From: Candidatus Daviesbacteria bacterium RIFCSPHIGHO2_12_FULL_37_16
GTDB lineage: Bacteria > Patescibacteriota > Microgenomatia > Daviesbacterales > UBA10151
Direction of reading: 5' to 3'
NCBI GenBank assembly: GCA_001776785.1
Contig: MFDF01000002.1
Coordinates: 6,894-70,893, forward strand
DNA length: 64,000 nt
Below the pieces are notes generated by a model. That model saw nothing but the letters and a program-made list of their open reading frames with translations, was not told the DNA's origin and did no database searches. Positions 59,620-64,000 of this stretch are shown here, piece by piece. The translations under genes were made by a program, and so were the position numbers. Position 1 is the first letter of the stretch. Each line of letters opens with the position of its first letter.

Positions 59620-59690
59620 AGCGGGATATGGGAATCGGACCCACGACTCTTCCTTGGGAAGGAAGCATATTACCACTATACTAATCCCGC
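59620..59690 (-). tRNA. tRNA-Gly (anticodon CCC)
   Basis: Reverse complement GCGGGAT-TA-GTAT-AGTGGTA-ATAT-G-CTTCC-TTCCCAA-GGAAG-AGTC-GTGGG-TCCGATT-CCCAT-ATCCCGC-T. Perfect anticodon stem. CCA not encoded. Confidence 0.8.
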
Positions 59691-59739
59691 ATAGGACAAA
59701 TAAGAATATTACCAAATTTGAGTGATTTAATCTAGAAAT

Positions 59740-60477
59740 TTACCTTGGGAGTTTGAGGGTTTGACCAATTTCAATTAAGTTTGGGTTTTGAATATTGTTA
59801 GCTTGGGCAATTTTTTGATACTGCATTATATCTCCATAAGCTCTGCCTGATATGGTTGAGAGCCAGTCTCCCTGCTGAACTGTATATGAATCACCTGATA
59901 TTGGTGTTCCCCATGGATTTTGTATGATTGCCCCTTTTTCACCTGCAGGTGCATCAGTTTGGCCCTGGGGAGAAGGTGAGGGTGTGGCAGATGTGCCAGG
60001 AGTTGGTGAAGCTGTTTCACTTGCTTCAGGTGAAGGGGAAGCAGTTAAGCTATCAAGCTTTGGAATTTTTATAACCTGGCCTGCGGAGATTTGATCTTCA
60101 TTTTCTAACTCATTTGCTTTAACAAGTTCAGGGTATTTATAGCCATCATCATAATAGTTTTGAGCTATAGAGAAGAGAGTGTCACCTTCTTTTACAGTGT
60201 AATTTCCAGGAAGATTTTCTTTTGAGACATCACCTGTTTGTTCTTCTTCTGCCTGTTGAGTTGGACCTAAATCTCCTTCAGGTTTATTAAAATAATTAAA
60301 AAGAATAACACCTAAAACTATAACTATTAACGCACCTAATACTAAATTTAAGAATGATTGATTATTTTGGAGATCATCCTGGAGTTTGTCTATAAGTCCA
60401 CCACTATCTACGCTAAATCCCTGGGATGTTGTATCTTCTTTTTTCCTTGAGCCCTTTTTTGTAGTTCTTCTTGCCAC
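59740..60477 (-). CDS. LysM domain-containing membrane-anchored protein
   Basis: Two LysM repeats (YTVKEGDTLFSIAQ...GQVIKIP; YTVQQGDWLSTISG...GQTLKLP), an N-terminal TM and a P/S/T-rich linker. Confidence 0.7.
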   Translation of the reverse strand: MARRTTKKGSRKKEDTTSQGFSVDSGGLIDKLQDDLQNNQSFLNLVLGALIVIVLGVILFNYFNKPEGDLGPTQQAEEEQTGDVSKENLPGNYTVKEGDTLFSIAQNYYDDGYKYPELVKANELENEDQISAGQVIKIPKLDSLTASPSPEASETASPTPGTSATPSPSPQGQTDAPAGEKGAIIQNPWGTPISGDSYTVQQGDWLSTISGRAYGDIMQYQKIAQANNIQNPNLIEIGQTLKLPR

Positions 60478-60633
60478 TTTTCTTAAACCCTTTCTTTAAT
60501 CTTTGGGCAGTTCAAGATAACATCACTTTTATAACATTGGGTTATAGTTTGTCAACTGCATCAAAATAGGTCAATTTAATAAAATGGTGTTTGATCTATA
60601 AGTAATTTATTGTTAAAATAGCTCAGTTAACTT

Positions 60634-60708
60634 GGGGCTGTAGCTCAGTCTGGTTAGAGCGCTTCCCTGTCACGGAAGAGGCCGCGGGTTCGAGTCCCGT
60701 CAGTCCCG
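60634..60708 (+). tRNA. tRNA-Asp (anticodon GUC)
   Basis: GGGGCTG-TA-GCTC-AGTCTGGTT-AGAGC-G-CTTCC-CTGTCAC-GGAAG-AGGCC-GCGGG-TTCGAGT-CCCGT-CAGTCCC-G. CCA not encoded. Confidence 0.85.
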
Positions 60709-60728
60709 CTTTATAATATTTACCAAAG

Positions 60729-62495
60729 TTGTATACTTTGGGTATGAAGACTTCTAATCAGGAGATTGCAGATCTTTTGAGATCTGTTGCTGCTTCATTA
60801 ACTCTTTCTAAGGCAAATGCTTTTCAGGTTAGGGCTTATGAGAATGCTGCTGATTCTATTGAACGTTTGACCTCTGAGATTAAAGATTTATGGGAAGAGG
60901 GAAAGCTGGGTGAAGTTCCTGGAATAGGGACAGGATTAAAAGAGCATTTAAATGAAATATTTAAAACAGGAGAATCAAAACACCTTGAAAGTATTTTAAA
61001 AAAACATCCTGAAGTTGTATATGAGCTTATTAAAGTCCCCGGGATTGGACCTAAAACTGCTTTAGAACTGGCTAATCTTGGGGTAAAAGATATTGATGAT
61101 TTGAAAAAGAAGATAGAAAGTGGTGAACTTACTAAAAAAGGCTTTTCTGAGAAGATTTCGGAAAGGGTTTTAGGTGGATTAGAAGAACATGCAGGAAAAA
61201 CAGGTAGAATGCTTTTGCCTTATGCTCAAGCTCAGGCAGATAGAATATTAGAATATTTAAAAAAGGGACCAGATGTTAAGGATGCAGATCCTTTGGGGAG
61301 TTTAAGAAGACAGGTGGCTACAATTGGTGACTTGGATTTTGCTGTATCTGCTAATAATTCTGAAAAAGTTTATGAGTATTTTGTTAAGATGCCAGGTGTT
61401 TCTAAAGTGATAGATAAAGAGACTGTAATTTTAAATTCAGGAATTCATGTTGATCTTTTAGTAGGTAAACCTGAGAGTTATGGAGCACTCCTACAGCACT
61501 TTACAGGGAGCAAAAACCACAATATAAAACTTAGGACATTAGCTTTAAAAAAAGGATTGAGCTTGAGTGAAGATGGAGTTAAAAAAGTGGGAAGTGGGAA
61601 ATTGATAGAAGTAAAAAGTGAAGAGGAGTTTTATAAGCTTTTAGGGATGGATACACCTGCCCCTGAGATAAGAGAAGATGTTGAAGAAATAGAGGCAGCT
61701 CTAGAATACAAATTACCTGACTTAATTGAGTTAAAAGATATTAAAGGGGATTTGCACTTACATTCTAATTTTCAAATTGAGCACCCTTCCCATGGACCAG
61801 GAGCTAACCCAATAGAAGATATTGTTAAAAGAGCAGAAGAGTTAGGGTATGAATATGTAGGGATATCAGATCATCCACCTGCACAGGGAACTGAATCTAA
61901 AGAAGGAATTATAAGATGGGTGGAAAAGAGGACAAAATTTATCCAAAATATACAAAAGGGTAATAAAAGTATTCGGGTACTTAATGGTCTCGAAATAGAT
62001 ATTCTTTCTGATGGAAGTTTAAGTGTGCCTGATGAGGCTTTAAAAACTTTAGATTATTGTATAGCTGGGATTCATCATGGTCATAGGGGAACTCCTGAAC
62101 AGATTACTAAAAGGATTTTAAAGGCTTTGGAGAATCCATATGTTGATATTCTGGCTCATCCTACAGGAAGGTTGCTTAATGAAAGGGGGAGCTATGATGC
62201 TGATTGGGAAGAGATTTTTAAGTTTGCTGCAAAAAATGAGCGAAGCTCCTCTTCGAGTAAAAAACTGATGGAGATTAATGGGTATCCAAACAGGTTGGAT
62301 TTAAGGGATGATTTGGTCAGGTTGGCTTTAAAGTTTGGGGTGAAATTTGTAATTGATACTGATGCACATGAGGTTGACCAGATGGATAATATGAGGTTTG
62401 GGGTGTCTGTTGCCAGGAGGGGCTGGGTTGAGAGTAAGGATGTGGTTAATAGTTGGGAGTGGAAAAAGTTTGCAGAATGGTTTAATATTCACTAG
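60729..62495 (+). CDS. polX: DNA polymerase X family protein with C-terminal PHP phosphoesterase domain
   Basis: N-terminal Pol-beta-like HhH modules (GIGPKTALEL), nucleotidyltransferase motif GSLRR...GDLDF and a C-terminal PHP domain (HLHSNFQIEH...GISDH). Confidence 0.8.
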   Translation: MYTLGMKTSNQEIADLLRSVAASLTLSKANAFQVRAYENAADSIERLTSEIKDLWEEGKLGEVPGIGTGLKEHLNEIFKTGESKHLESILKKHPEVVYELIKVPGIGPKTALELANLGVKDIDDLKKKIESGELTKKGFSEKISERVLGGLEEHAGKTGRMLLPYAQAQADRILEYLKKGPDVKDADPLGSLRRQVATIGDLDFAVSANNSEKVYEYFVKMPGVSKVIDKETVILNSGIHVDLLVGKPESYGALLQHFTGSKNHNIKLRTLALKKGLSLSEDGVKKVGSGKLIEVKSEEEFYKLLGMDTPAPEIREDVEEIEAALEYKLPDLIELKDIKGDLHLHSNFQIEHPSHGPGANPIEDIVKRAEELGYEYVGISDHPPAQGTESKEGIIRWVEKRTKFIQNIQKGNKSIRVLNGLEIDILSDGSLSVPDEALKTLDYCIAGIHHGHRGTPEQITKRILKALENPYVDILAHPTGRLLNERGSYDADWEEIFKFAAKNERSSSSSKKLMEINGYPNRLDLRDDLVRLALKFGVKFVIDTDAHEVDQMDNMRFGVSVARRGWVESKDVVNSWEWKKFAEWFNIH

Positions 62496-63050
62496 ATGGA
62501 TCCTTTTACAATTGGAATTATTGTAGCCGTAGTAGTTGCCTTAGGCTGGCTTTTGATGACCTATAATGGTCTGGTTTCCTTGAGAAACAGAGTAAAAGAA
62601 GCATGGAGCCAGATTGATGTGCAGCTTAAAAGAAGAGCCTCTTTAATTCCAAACTTAGTCGAATCTGTTAAGGGTTATGCAAAGCATGAAAAAGAAGTTT
62701 TTGAAAATGTAACTAAAGCCAGGTCTGCTTTAATGGGAGCTACAGATCCTGCACACAAAGCTGCAGCCAATGATATGCTGACAGGAGCACTGAAATCCCT
62801 TTTTGCTGTGGCTGAGGCATATCCTAACCTGAGAGCTTCTGAGAACTTCAAACAGCTTCAGGATGAGATTTCTGATACAGAGACCAAAGTTGCAGCCTCC
62901 AGACAGTTTTACAATACAAATGTTTTGGATTTAAATAATACTTTAGAGATGTTTCCAAGTTCTCTGGTTGGATCCATGTTTGGGTTCCAAAAAGAAGAGT
63001 TCTTTAAAGCTACTGAAGAAGATAAAAAAGATATCCAAGTAAAATTCTAA
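62496..63050 (+). CDS. lemA: LemA family protein
   Basis: N-terminal TM then [25 protein letters not shown], the characteristic LemA sequence. Confidence 0.8.
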   Translation: MDPFTIGIIVAVVVALGWLLMTYNGLVSLRNRVKEAWSQIDVQLKRRASLIPNLVESVKGYAKHEKEVFENVTKARSALMGATDPAHKAAANDMLTGALKSLFAVAEAYPNLRASENFKQLQDEISDTETKVAASRQFYNTNVLDLNNTLEMFPSSLVGSMFGFQKEEFFKATEEDKKDIQVKF

Positions 63051-63060
63051 TTCACTTATC

Positions 63061-63444
63061 TTGACGCCTCCTTCTAAAATTTATGTTAAGAAAACTTCCA
63101 CTATGGGTAATGGAGTTTTTGCGAGTTCTCTGATTAAGAAGGGTGAGATTATTGAGGTATCGCCAATAATTGTTTTGGAGTTTGAGGAGCTGGTGGATAC
63201 AAAGTGGAATAATCTTTTTAACTACTATTTTTGGATGGATGAGTATGTTGTTTTAGCTTTGGGGTATGGGTCTTTATATAACCACTCTGATGATGCTAAT
63301 GCAGAATATAAGATTGACCAAAAGAGTAAAACTATAACTTTTACAGCTTCTAAAGATATAAAAAAAGGTGAGGAGATTTTTTTTAATTACAAAGGAAAAG
63401 AAAAGACTAAGACTCCGCTCTGGTTTGAAAAAGAAAGACAATAA
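63061..63444 (+). CDS. SET domain protein (putative protein lysine methyltransferase)
   Basis: GNGVFA...IKKGEII (SET N-terminus), YNHSDDAN (NHS motif) and KGEEIFFNY (ELxFDY-like). The start is probably TTG at 63061; ATG at 63103 is the alternative. Confidence 0.6.
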   Translation: MTPPSKIYVKKTSTMGNGVFASSLIKKGEIIEVSPIIVLEFEELVDTKWNNLFNYYFWMDEYVVLALGYGSLYNHSDDANAEYKIDQKSKTITFTASKDIKKGEEIFFNYKGKEKTKTPLWFEKERQ

Positions 63445-63445
63445 T

Positions 63446-63576
63446 TGCGAGTCCGATCGTCGGATCATAAAAGTACCGTTCGGGTCGAATCCCTCACTAT
63501 GTGAGAAAAAATTACCAATCAACTGCAGAATTTTTTCTCAGATTACTTTTATTGATTCTGACTTCGCGTCCTTTGC
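63446..63576 (+). ncRNA. conserved structured intergenic element, copy B (candidate novel ncRNA or cis-regulatory RNA)
   Basis: Shares the AAAGTACCGTTCGGGTCGAATCCCTC block, a hairpin GAGAAAAAATT/AATTTTTTCTC with loop ACCAATCAACTGCAG, helix ATAAAAGT/ACTTTTAT and tail TTCTGACTTCGCG with copy A. Two small track ORFs here are likely spurious. Confidence 0.4.
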
Positions 63577-63681
63577 TTACTCGATTTAGTGAAGAAAAAA
63601 TGTTAAAATAGGCACACTGTGGCTACAATTAATACAGCTTGGGATCATGTAAATTCAAATATCTTTAAGACATGGGTAATC

Positions 63682-64000
63682 ATGTTTTTGTTTTCTGTGT
63701 TTGTGATGGGAGTAGTTTATGTTTTTGCCAGGGGGTTTGGGTATGATTCTGTTGGTGTTTTGGGATTGACTGGGTTTGCCCTTATTTTAACTGGAGTAAT
63801 GAATTTTGTGAGTTACTGGTGGTCAGATAAGATTGTTTTAGGGATTTCCCAGGCTAAACCCGTTTCTTTGGAATCCAACAGACAGCTTTACCATATGGTA
63901 GAAAATATTGGGATTGCTGCAGGACTTCCTACACCTAAGATTTATATTATAGATGACACTGCTCCCAATGCTTTTGCAACCGGAAGAGATCCAAAACATG
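63682..64000 (+). CDS. htpX: protease HtpX (M48 family), 5' partial, runs off the window end
   Basis: Two N-terminal TM helices, then AKPVSLESNRQLYHMVENIGIAAGLPTPKIYIIDDTAPNAFATG, typical of HtpX before the HExxH motif. GTG at 63619 is an alternative start. Confidence 0.65.
   Translation, partial: MFLFSVFVMGVVYVFARGFGYDSVGVLGLTGFALILTGVMNFVSYWWSDKIVLGISQAKPVSLESNRQLYHMVENIGIAAGLPTPKIYIIDDTAPNAFATGRDPKH

Noticed and set aside
63446-63576. tRNA pseudogene or tRNA-derived attachment site (GGGTCGAATCCC resembles a T-arm)
   Set aside because: The T-loop-like string lacks one U relative to GGTTCGAATCC. No acceptor, D or anticodon arms can be drawn on either strand, and no integrase or recombinase is nearby.

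Overview
This is a low-GC (roughly one-third G+C), gene-dense window dominated by tightly packed, often overlapping + strand operons. Gene content and small protein sizes point to a reduced-genome bacterium, possibly Patescibacteria/CPR-like, with a Gram-positive-type envelope; that assignment is inference.

The window has three parts:
1. **A very large cell-surface glycan island (157-27013).** It holds about 8 GT4 and 5 GT2 glycosyltransferases, 5 polytopic GT-C (ArnT/PMT-like) membrane glycosyltransferases, 2 Wzy/O-antigen-ligase-like proteins, a small initiating phosphoglycosyltransferase, a DUF4012 protein, a UXS-like epimerase/dehydratase, a hexapeptide acetyltransferase, a truncated UDP-sugar dehydrogenase homolog and a Zn-ribbon methyltransferase. 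rsmH is inserted into this island on the opposite strand.
2. **recO, glyQS and a reduced dcw cell-division/peptidoglycan cluster.** The order is ftsL-ftsI-murE-(degenerate murB-like)-murF-mraY-ftsW-murG-ftsQ-ftsA-ftsZ. No murC, murD or ddl is present in the window.
3. **Housekeeping genes and a second glycan module.** This part carries a PaaX-like membrane regulator, ileS, rodA, rplU, rpmA, parB, lepB, an ABC-transporter-type glycan module (wzm, wzt, a GT4-methyltransferase fusion, GT4, Wzy-like), three tRNAs (Thr-CGU, Gly-CCC, Asp-GUC), a LysM protein, PolX, LemA, a SET-domain protein and the 5' end of htpX.

The most unusual signal is a family of GC-rich intergenic elements at 28148-28272 and 63446-63576, with a partial copy at 9238-9268. 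They share conserved sequence blocks and three helices whose stems differ in sequence but stay complementary, which argues for a structured RNA.

No CRISPR array, cas operon, transposase or integrase was seen.
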